From a virus, in the IMG/VR virus record IMGVR_UViG_3300017605_001304, positions 85,156 to 149,155 of that record: a stretch of DNA of 64,000 bases, one strand, 5' to 3'. The translations under genes were made by a program, and so were the position numbers. How positions within the stretch are numbered: the stretch's first letter is position 1; each line of letters starts with the position of its first letter. Of the stretch, positions 28,038-35,173 are shown piece after piece. The notes under the pieces are model-generated. The model made no database searches and was not told where the DNA came from. It saw nothing but the letters and a program-made list of their open reading frames with translations.

Positions 28038-30485
28038 TTAGATCGATGAGACCCACAACGAGAGCTTGCCGGTGCCGCTCATCGTGCGCACGTCGACGCG
28101 CAGGCTCTGCGCACCGGTCGTCGGGAAGATCATCTCGGTGCCGTGCCGGTAGTTCGTCTCGGACGTGTCGCTGCGGATGTCCAGGTTCTTGCAGAGCTTT
28201 GTGTCTCGCCACGTCGTGAGATCCGGGCAGTCCCCGTCCTGCGCCGACCAGACGATGTCGAGCGTGCACGACGGCTGCGTCGCGGCGTCGTTCTCGAACT
28301 CGACGTGCAGCACAGCCCCTTGCGCCATCGCCCCGAGCACGTACGTCGTCGTACCGGCCGTCGGCGCGGAGATCTTGTCGAACTCCTTCTGGAAGAAGTT
28401 CTGCACCAGCGCGACGTCGTTCTCAACCGTGACGTTCACCGTCGTGGACGTCGTCGTATTCCCGGCCGCGTCCCGCGCCGTCGCCGTGAGCGCGTGCGCC
28501 CCGTTCAGGGCCGTCGTCGTGTCCCAGCTCACCGTGTACGGCGCCACCAGGACCTCGGCGCCGAGGTTGTTCCCGTCGAGCTTGAACTGCACGCCGACCA
28601 CCGCCACGTTGTCCGCGGCGTCCGCAGCCACCAGGACCAGCTCTGAGACCGTCGCCTCATCGACCGGGCTGGTCAGGCTGACCGTCGGCGGGGTCAAGTC
28701 CGTCGCCGGGGGCGTCGCGCCCTGCTCGAAGGCTCCGGCGTCCAGCGTCGCATCCGCCGTCGAGCGAATGTAGCCCAGGTAGTCCCGGTAGAGCATCGGC
28801 AACGAGCCGCCGATGTTCTTCGCCGCGCTGCCGGAGACCAGACTGAAGTCGTGGCCCGCCGAGTTCGTGAAGATCGGATCCGTGCCGGTGTTGTTCGACT
28901 GGAAGAGTCCGAGCGGGTCGAAGCCCGCCGTCTGCCACTGCACGAAGGTCTTGTTCCCGTTGTTGAACGAGAACGCGCCGTTCGTGGACGTCGAGTCGCC
29001 GGAGTTCGAGTAGTAGAAGTTCCGGTTGCAGTTCACGTACAGGTAGTCGTCGCTGCTGCCCTGCGCCCCGAAGCCGAGCTGCACGAACTTCTTGTCCGCC
29101 ACGTCCACGTCCGACGTACGGAAGACGATGTTGTTGCGGATCTGAATCGTGCGGACGCCGTTGGTGTAGATGCCGCCGTTGCCGCTGGCATAGACCGTGT
29201 TGCCGTAGACGCCGACGTTCTGGGTGCGCTCGGTCGGGAAGTTCTGGTTCGAGAAGCCAAGCTGAATGCCGTAGAGGCAGTTCTCGAAGACGTTGTTCTT
29301 GATCACGCCCCGGTTGACGTAGTAGGCCGTCATGCCGTCACCGGTGCAGTTCTGGAAGTAGCACGCCTCCATCCAGAGGTCCTGCGCCTCCGAGCTACCG
29401 TCGACGCTTCCGTTCGAGCCGACGCCCGCGCCCTCGTTGGCGTTCTTGAACGTGCAGCCGTACAGCATGTACTTCTGGCAGCCGGAGAGCAGCAACGCCG
29501 ACTGGACGCCGTTGCTGAAGCCGTCGTACGTCCCACCTCGGATTTCGAGGAGGTCGCCGTGGAAGTAGGCGTTGGTGGCACGGCCGGGCGAGTTGTTGTA
29601 GCAGTTGGCGTTGATCACGCCGTACCACGAGATGCGCCCGCCGCCGTTGCTGAAGCCCATGCCGCCACCGCCCGGGATCCCGAGGTGGCCGGTGGCTTCG
29701 CAGTTCGCCCAAGTGACCTTCTTCGAGGCGACGTTGCCGTCGGTGGCCTCGAACGTCCCGTTCACCTGCTTGCAGCCGTCGAAGGTCGAGCCGAAGGCCG
29801 TTGCTCCGACCCAGCCCTGCCCCGGCGTCGGCCAACGGAATTCCCAGTTCTTGATCAGGATCGACTCGCCCCAGTTGTCGGTGAAGTGACCATTGTTCCC
29901 CTGGTAGAGGCTGACCCCTTCGCTGATCGAGATGATCGGGTTCGCGCCCGAGCCGTAGGTGTCGCCGATCATCGGGTGCGTGAAGACGCCGGTGTCCCCG
30001 TTCCCGCCGTTGTTTGAGTAGGTGAACGTGTCGCCCCGGTTCAGCAGGATCTTCTTCGGCTGGCCAGTAACTCGCGGCGGGTAGAGACCGCCGACGCCGT
30101 TGAACGCGACCTGGAACGCCTTGAGCGGCGTCTGGTACGGCGCGTTCTGGGAGCCGTTGCCGGTCGAGTCGTTGCCGCTGCTCGCGACGTAGATCGTGCC
30201 CCAGGCCGGGTTCCAGTTGCTGACCACGACCTGGAACGTCGTCGAGTTCGTCGCACCGAGATCGTCCGTCACCGTGAGCTGGACGTTGTAGGTCCCTGCA
30301 GTGTCGAAGCGGTGCGATGCGATCGGGCCGTAAAGCACCGGCGACCCGTCCGCGAAGTTCCAAGCGTAGTCGACGATCGTTCGACCGGTGTCGAAGGTTG
30401 AGTTGAGTCCGTGGAAGCGCTCCCACGTGTAGCCCGCGAGGTGCATCGTCTCGCCGGGCTCGGCGATGATTGCTACGAGCGCCAT
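28038..30485 (-). CDS. PKD + right-handed beta-helix + Ig-like + RNxFQKEF domain protein (putative virion-displayed depolymerase/adhesin)
   Basis: YAWNFADG...HRFDTAGTYNVQLTVTDD (PKD); IYVASSGND...PYQT; N/G-rich helix coils; DPIF...DFSL...DAGAFE; DLTPPTVSLTSP...ARDAAGN (Ig-like); QNFFQKEF tail. Confidence 0.85.
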   Translation of the reverse strand: MALVAIIAEPGETMHLAGYTWERFHGLNSTFDTGRTIVDYAWNFADGSPVLYGPIASHRFDTAGTYNVQLTVTDDLGATNSTTFQVVVSNWNPAWGTIYVASSGNDSTGNGSQNAPYQTPLKAFQVAFNGVGGLYPPRVTGQPKKILLNRGDTFTYSNNGGNGDTGVFTHPMIGDTYGSGANPIISISEGVSLYQGNNGHFTDNWGESILIKNWEFRWPTPGQGWVGATAFGSTFDGCKQVNGTFEATDGNVASKKVTWANCEATGHLGIPGGGGMGFSNGGGRISWYGVINANCYNNSPGRATNAYFHGDLLEIRGGTYDGFSNGVQSALLLSGCQKYMLYGCTFKNANEGAGVGSNGSVDGSSEAQDLWMEACYFQNCTGDGMTAYYVNRGVIKNNVFENCLYGIQLGFSNQNFPTERTQNVGVYGNTVYASGNGGIYTNGVRTIQIRNNIVFRTSDVDVADKKFVQLGFGAQGSSDDYLYVNCNRNFYYSNSGDSTSTNGAFSFNNGNKTFVQWQTAGFDPLGLFQSNNTGTDPIFTNSAGHDFSLVSGSAAKNIGGSLPMLYRDYLGYIRSTADATLDAGAFEQGATPPATDLTPPTVSLTSPVDEATVSELVLVAADAADNVAVVGVQFKLDGNNLGAEVLVAPYTVSWDTTTALNGAHALTATARDAAGNTTTSTTVNVTVENDVALVQNFFQKEFDKISAPTAGTTTYVLGAMAQGAVLHVEFENDAATQPSCTLDIVWSAQDGDCPDLTTWRDTKLCKNLDIRSDTSETNYRHGTEMIFPTTGAQSLRVDVRTMSGTGKLSLWVSSI

Positions 30486-30494
30486 GTGTCCTCC

Positions 30495-30875
30495 TTAGAG
30501 CGCAGCGACCCAGACCGAAACGGCACCGGAACCTGCGATGCTGCCGACGTCGACACGTAGAGCCCGCGCACCCGAGGAGTTGAAGTTGAGCTCCGAGCCG
30601 TGCCGCCACAGCGGCGGCGTACCGGTCTGCTGGGTGTCGGCCTGGATGTCGAGGTTGACCGAGGTCTGCTGCTGGAACTGCTTGGTCGTCAGGTCCCCCG
30701 AGATCCACAGCACGCGGATCACGCAGGACGGCTGTGTCGCGGCGTTGTTCTGGAGCTCGACCTTGATCACGACGCCTTGGGCCGCCGCCGACAGCGTGTA
30801 CGTATTCGTGCCGGTCGTCGCGGTCGAGACCGCGTTATGCTCCTTCGCGAACGTGTTCCGCGTGAGAGCGGGCAT
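30495..30875 (-). CDS. RNxFQKEF-family decoration-like protein (copy 3)
   Basis: MPALTRNTFAKEH...NTYTL...KVELQNNAATQPSC...WRHGSEL...LRVDV; GGAGG SD. Confidence 0.75.
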   Translation of the reverse strand: MPALTRNTFAKEHNAVSTATTGTNTYTLSAAAQGVVIKVELQNNAATQPSCVIRVLWISGDLTTKQFQQQTSVNLDIQADTQQTGTPPLWRHGSELNFNSSGARALRVDVGSIAGSGAVSVWVAAL

Positions 30876-30926
30876 GAGACCTCCATCGTGCGCGTAGCGC
30901 ACACCTCTCCCGGGGCGGGAGGGACG

Positions 30927-30954
30927 TTGACACGACCTGTATTACAGGTATGCT
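30927..30954 (+). promoter_or_regulatory. Sigma70-type promoter with palindromic operator-like site in the spacer
   Basis: TTGACA (30927-32), 16 nt spacer, TATGCT (30949-54); ACCTGTA-T-TACAGGT at 30935-30949. Confidence 0.75.
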
Positions 30955-30989
30955 GAGGCCCGCCTTTCGAGCCCAAGAGGAGACTGAGC

Positions 30990-31148
30990 ATGTACCGATT
31001 CGCGCTGACCTTCGGGGCCCTGCTGATCCTGTCCGGGCTGTGCAGCCTGCTGATCTTCGGGGACTTCACCTGGGCCGACGCCGGGCTCGCGCTCACGGGC
31101 GCGCTGCTGGGTCGTCACTTCGGCCGCCGTGCAGGGCGCTTCTCGTGA
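30990..31148 (+). CDS. 52-aa membrane peptide
   Basis: AGGAG SD; MYRFALTFGALLILSGLCSLLIFGDFTWADAGLALTGALLGRHFGRRAGRFS (hand translated). Confidence 0.6.
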   Translation: MYRFALTFGALLILSGLCSLLIFGDFTWADAGLALTGALLGRHFGRRAGRFS

Positions 31149-31378
31149 GCCCCTCCAACAACGAACTTCGGGTCCTACGGAAGCACGCCGACCGCATCGG
31201 CTTGGACCTGGAGTACGATCCGTCCGGGCGCTGGGACTACCCTTGGAAGTTCACGCGCCGCAAGAGCCGCTACGAGTGGCGGGTCAAGACGATCGATCGA
31301 GTACACTTCCACCTGGGCAACGAGCTCAGTCGGACGAAGCGTCTGAAGCGCATCGCGACGAGGCTCGTCGGAGCATGA
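31145..31378 (+). CDS. Basic hypothetical protein
   Basis: GTGA coupling; SPSNNELRVLRK...KRIATRLVGA. Confidence 0.55.
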   Translation: MSPSNNELRVLRKHADRIGLDLEYDPSGRWDYPWKFTRRKSRYEWRVKTIDRVHFHLGNELSRTKRLKRIATRLVGA

Positions 31379-31512
31379 AGAAGGAGATGAGCATGGATCG
31401 CGTCTTCCGTTTCTATCGGGCACATCCTCGGGCAACGCTGGTCCTCGCAGCCGCGGCGGACCTCTGCGTCTTGGCCGGTCTCGGACTGATCGTCCGGGCG
31501 ATTTGGAGCTGA
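31375..31512 (+). CDS. Small single-TM protein
   Basis: ATGA coupling; LVLAAAADLCVLAGLGLIV. Confidence 0.5.
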   Translation: MKKEMSMDRVFRFYRAHPRATLVLAAAADLCVLAGLGLIVRAIWS

Positions 31513-31514
31513 CC

Positions 31515-31778
31515 GTGCAGTTCTACATCACCCAACCTGACGGCACGACGCGGACGACCGAGATCCCAGACGAGGTCGTGGTCGCTGCAACGTCGCTCCA
31601 GATGGATGGCAAGCAGGCCATCACCGACAAGAGCAAGTCGTCTTGGGCCGATCTGATGGGCGCTGTCACGAAGGCGCTGCTCGACGCGGAGGACCGCGGT
31701 CGGCAGAAGGGGCGCGAGGACGTGAAGGCCAAACTGGCCGAGCTCGTCGACCGGCTCCTCACGGGGACCCTGCCGTGA
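31515..31778 (+). CDS. Hypothetical protein
   Basis: GGAG SD, GTG start. Confidence 0.6.
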   Translation: MQFYITQPDGTTRTTEIPDEVVVAATSLQMDGKQAITDKSKSSWADLMGAVTKALLDAEDRGRQKGREDVKAKLAELVDRLLTGTLP

Positions 31779-31981
31779 ACGCGCACATCTACAGCGGCAT
31801 GAACCTGCGCGACGCGCTGGATGCTGCGTTGCGCCTCGGTGTGCCGGTCGAGCATCTCCGCGGCACCGGAGAAGTGATGGTCGGAATCGGTGCGGACCGC
31901 GTCCGCGTGAACCGGCGTCGGAAGGACGCGCCGCGTTCCATGCTCGCGATCATCCGACGCTACGTCAGGAAGGCAGGCTGA
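31775..31981 (+). CDS. Small basic protein, HicA-like topology
   Basis: helix-LGVPVEHLRGTGEV-strands-RRKDAP-helix. Confidence 0.45.
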   Translation: MNAHIYSGMNLRDALDAALRLGVPVEHLRGTGEVMVGIGADRVRVNRRRKDAPRSMLAIIRRYVRKAG

Positions 31982-31982
31982 C

Positions 31983-32270
31983 GTGGCCGTGGAGATACAG
32001 GCCGTCCCCTTCCGCGCCCTTCTCTCGACAGAGGTCGCAAGAAGTCCACGTCGTTTCGACTTCCAGCACAACCCGCAGATTCGGCGGGAGCCGGGGCTCG
32101 ACACACAAGGGCGTCAGCTCAAGCGAGCGTTCGTGCTGCGGTGCAAGTGCGGCCTTCATGTAGACTTCGGCCTGCGCTACGGTAAGGCCAGGGATGCGCA
32201 GAACGACCACGTACGGAAGCACTGGGACGAGCTTCCGTCCCAGAAGGAGACGACCCATGCCTCACGCTGA
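31983..32270 (+). CDS. Hypothetical protein with CxC...H motif
   Basis: LRCKCG...QNDHVRKH. Confidence 0.5.
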   Translation: MAVEIQAVPFRALLSTEVARSPRRFDFQHNPQIRREPGLDTQGRQLKRAFVLRCKCGLHVDFGLRYGKARDAQNDHVRKHWDELPSQKETTHASR

Positions 32271-32448
32271 AGACCGCTGCGATACCCCCAAGCACGACCG
32301 GCGCGAGAGCATCGTGACGGTGCGCGGGAAGCGGATGTGCGCCGAGTGCTGGCAGGCGCACTGCGGCAAGCCGCCCGAGCAGCCGTACGATGCGACGCTC
32401 CTGCCCGAAGGTCTGCGGGCCAGGACGAAGCCGTACGTCCCGTCATGA
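32257..32448 (+). CDS. Small Zn-binding protein
   Basis: AAGGAG SD; CDTPKH...CAECWQAHC. Confidence 0.55.
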   Translation: MPHAEDRCDTPKHDRRESIVTVRGKRMCAECWQAHCGKPPEQPYDATLLPEGLRARTKPYVPS

Positions 32449-32846
32449 GCCTCAGCGACGACGAGCTCAAGGCGATCGTGCAGCGGGTCAAGTTCAAGGG
32501 CGCCGCGTTCTACGTGGACGGCAGGACGATCCGCTTCAGCCTGAGCATCGAGCTCATCGACGGCGCACTACGGGAGCTCAAGGGAGCCGCGCTGGGGATC
32601 GTCCCGACGCCCGTCGACGGCTGGGAGTCTGAGCAGCACGTGCTCCGCGCGATCCAGACGACGTTCATCTGCTGGGCGCTGCACGAGATCCGGGAGCGGC
32701 TGTTCCTCGACGGGCATCACGTGACGGAGCCTCACCCCAACGGGCCCTCGGTCGACATGGTCCGGCAGACCGTCGAGTTGTTAGCGGCGCTCGGGTTCTG
32801 TAGGGTGATGGCGCATGGCGAATCCGAAGCAGCCGTGGGAGGGTGA
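32445..32846 (+). CDS. Hypothetical phage protein
   Basis: ALHEIRERLFLDG...EPHP motif; ATGA coupling. Confidence 0.6.
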   Translation: MSLSDDELKAIVQRVKFKGAAFYVDGRTIRFSLSIELIDGALRELKGAALGIVPTPVDGWESEQHVLRAIQTTFICWALHEIRERLFLDGHHVTEPHPNGPSVDMVRQTVELLAALGFCRVMAHGESEAAVGG

Positions 32847-33384
32847 GGACGACCTCGTCACGTTCACGTCGTCGGGGCTCTCGTGCGCCGTCACGCGGAA
32901 CGCGGAGCTCCGCTCGCTCTGTGGCTACGTTGCCGTCCCCGACGACCACCCGCTCGCCTACGTCCATCCGACCTACTTTTTCTACCCTGAGCCCATCACG
33001 CTCACCGGGGATGAGCTGCAGGCACACGGCGGAATCACGTTCCGTGGCCGGGCGCAGTACCTCGCGAGGAGCCCATTCGGACGGAGGAAGTGCTGGGCCC
33101 TCGGCTTCGACGCCGGCCACGCCGGTGACGTCGTGCCTGGACTTCCTGACATGGCGCGGTTCGAAGATGCGAAGTACCGCACGGTTGAGTACATGGTCAA
33201 GCAGTGCGAGCGCCTCGCGAAGCAGCTCGCCGCGATCCCGCCGAATCGGCCGAACCAGATCTGGCAGAAGCTCGCGACCCGGGTCGACGCCGTGATGCAG
33301 GGATGGGTCGCGATGGAGATCGGGCGGGAACTGCCACTGGCTCGATCCTGCGAGATGTGGACGAATCGGATTCTGACCACTTAG
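32815..33384 (+). CDS. Conserved-looking phage hypothetical protein
   Basis: LCGYVAVP..HP...HGGITF...WALGFDAGHAGD...YRT.EY...CE.LA.QL motif set typical of a widespread phage family. Confidence 0.7.
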   Translation: MANPKQPWEGEDDLVTFTSSGLSCAVTRNAELRSLCGYVAVPDDHPLAYVHPTYFFYPEPITLTGDELQAHGGITFRGRAQYLARSPFGRRKCWALGFDAGHAGDVVPGLPDMARFEDAKYRTVEYMVKQCERLAKQLAAIPPNRPNQIWQKLATRVDAVMQGWVAMEIGRELPLARSCEMWTNRILTT

Positions 33385-33830
33385 TCCGCTTCAGGTCGAG
33401 TCGCGAGCTCGGCCTGTAACGCGTGAAGAAGAGCCTGCAGCTCCTTAACATCTTCGTCGCGGTCTGGCCACTGTGAGACTTCCTTGAGAAGTCGCTCGGC
33501 TTCTAGCTCCGCCTGAATGAGGTCACCGACTCCAAGATCTTCTAGCCGGTTGTTCGCAACGGCATAGAGGCCGGAGAACTGGCCGCTGTGCCAATATCCC
33601 GCGATGCGGTGGATGTTGCTGTCATGCTCAGTGCCTTTACGTGCTACAAATGCTGCGAACTCGTCGTCGCCGACCGTTCTGCCCTTGACTTTCTCTTGCG
33701 GAGCCAGCTCGTACGCTGCGAAGTCGTCGGGCTCGGCTGGATCATCGAGAAAGCCGAACTCAGGATCCCATCCCTCCAGCAAGATCTCCTTCACCCGCTT
33801 CAGGATCTCATCGGCGGTTCTCTGCGTCAC
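33381..33830 (-). CDS. Hypothetical protein with leader ending ILLE|G and IAxxWHxGQ motif
   Basis: GTG 33830 (or ATG 33842); TADEILKRVKEILLEG; HRIAGYWHSGQFSGLY. Confidence 0.6.
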   Translation of the reverse strand: MTQRTADEILKRVKEILLEGWDPEFGFLDDPAEPDDFAAYELAPQEKVKGRTVGDDEFAAFVARKGTEHDSNIHRIAGYWHSGQFSGLYAVANNRLEDLGVGDLIQAELEAERLLKEVSQWPDRDEDVKELQALLHALQAELATRPEAD

Positions 33831-34431
33831 TGCGAGCTCCATCCCACGCGGACAAGAAGCTCGTCCACGGGAAGTTGTTGACGGCCACGATGAACCCCTT
33901 GGGGATCTGGGGGAGCGTGGCGCGCTGCCCGACTTGCAGGGCAGCGAGACCTGGGGCGTAGTCCTTGGGGACGTCCGCCACGAGGAACGGGAACTCGGGA
34001 TGAAGAACACGTCCGACGCTGCAGGAGACGACGCGTTGAAACCGCGGCCGCAAGCCTTCCATGCGGATGCCGTCGACCAGCCGAATGCGGTTCTCGTTGC
34101 GCATCGCGAAGTTCGCGAAGATCCGTGTGCAGCCGACCTCGACCGAGCGCAGGAACTTCTGCTCGTCCAGCAGACGTAGCGCATCCGTGATGCGCTGCGC
34201 ACAAGCGCGGTCGACCTTGCCGAAGAACTGCTCGCAGTAGTACGCGAGCTGGCGAGAGTTGCGACCGGGGTGGCCGTAGAAGACGCCCTCTACAGCCACC
34301 CGACCTGCGAGCTCGTAGATCTCGGGCGACTCGATCGCTCCAGAGAGCTTGAGCCCAATGCCCAGCAGGCGGACGAGGCTCAGTTTCGGTGCGGCAGCAG
34401 TCTGCATGGAGGATCGAGGCTCCGGGTTCAT
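33808..34431 (-). CDS. Hypothetical protein
   Basis: 207 aa, GC3-biased, coupled to upstream stop. Confidence 0.6.
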   Translation of the reverse strand: MNPEPRSSMQTAAAPKLSLVRLLGIGLKLSGAIESPEIYELAGRVAVEGVFYGHPGRNSRQLAYYCEQFFGKVDRACAQRITDALRLLDEQKFLRSVEVGCTRIFANFAMRNENRIRLVDGIRMEGLRPRFQRVVSCSVGRVLHPEFPFLVADVPKDYAPGLAALQVGQRATLPQIPKGFIVAVNNFPWTSFLSAWDGARSDAENRR

Positions 34432-34850
34432 GCGTCGGCAGCAGTCTCAGCAGCCGCGGCGGCCGCGCGCTTGCGCAGCCACGCCACGACGGTCACGATG
34501 ATCAGCGTAGCGATTCCACCGGTCCCGTCATCGGGCGTGTCGCCTTCGGGCGGCTCGACCGGCGGACTCTCCGCGGCCGGCTCCGTCTTCGGCATGAGCC
34601 CGAGCGTCGCGTTGATCTGTTGCAGGTCGTCGTGCACGTGGGACATCTGCTCGTACGCCTGCGCCTTGGGGGCGCTCAAGTTCCACGTCAACGCAGCCCA
34701 GCCCGATTCTCCCGACGAGTTGACGTCGGTCTTCCAGGCGGGGCTGTCATACCGGCCCCAGTCATGGCCGTAGCCGACCGTGAGCGAGTCCGGGATAGCC
34801 GAGCCACATCCCCCGAGCAGGAGCACGGGGATAAGACTCAGCGCACGCAC
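34428..34850 (-). CDS. Lipoprotein with C-terminal TM helix; unimolecular spanin candidate
   Basis: MRALSLIPVLLLGG|C lipobox; beta-rich middle; Pro/acidic linker; GIATLIIVTVVAWLRKR; directly follows a holin-like gene. Confidence 0.55.
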   Translation of the reverse strand: MRALSLIPVLLLGGCGSAIPDSLTVGYGHDWGRYDSPAWKTDVNSSGESGWAALTWNLSAPKAQAYEQMSHVHDDLQQINATLGLMPKTEPAAESPPVEPPEGDTPDDGTGGIATLIIVTVVAWLRKRAAAAAAETAADA

Positions 34851-34851
34851 G

Positions 34852-35082
34852 TCAAGGCTTCTTCGGAGCGGCAGCCGTGTCCGCAGAGATCTTGGCGAGC
34901 GTCGCGCTCTTCTGGAAGTCGGCGATGCCCTGTGCGCCCATATAGACGAGCACGAGCTTGATGATCGAGTCCGTACGTTCGGCCGGGATGCCGAGCTTCT
35001 GGCCGTAGGCGGTGAGCACGAGGCCCACGATGGCCGCGATCGCCTTCTTGCTTTCGAGGAAACTCTTGAGCGTGTTCCACAT
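34852..35082 (-). CDS. Holin-like protein
   Basis: 76 aa; LESKKAIAAIVGLVL...IIKLVLVYMGAQGIAD (SRK-type start, 2 TM helices, basic tail). Confidence 0.6.
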   Translation of the reverse strand: MWNTLKSFLESKKAIAAIVGLVLTAYGQKLGIPAERTDSIIKLVLVYMGAQGIADFQKSATLAKISADTAAAPKKP

Positions 35083-35106
35083 GCGGAGGTTGTCCTTGTG
35101 AAAGAC

Positions 35107-35165
35107 CGGGGCCCCGACCGGCGGGGTGCCAAGCCGGAGGAGCAGCTTGACGGGTCGGGGCCCCG
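35107..35165 (-). promoter_or_regulatory. Long GC hairpin upstream of holin (terminator/attenuator candidate)
   Basis: 13-bp perfect inverted repeat CGGGGCCCCGACC / GGTCGGGGCCCCG with inner CAAGC/GCTTG stem; followed by TCTTTC on the minus strand. Confidence 0.5.
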
Positions 35166-35173
35166 TGAGACCA

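Noticed and set aside
30935-30949. Palindrome as an E. coli-type LexA box
   Set aside because: CTGT and ACAG are 3 nt apart rather than 8.
31340-31378. KRIATRLV as a seventh cargo tag
   Set aside because: Lacks the leading E-S and the final F, and lies in the counter-oriented island.
33808-34431. MuF/gp7-like head morphogenesis protein
   Set aside because: Only a vague helical resemblance; no HPxCRC motif.
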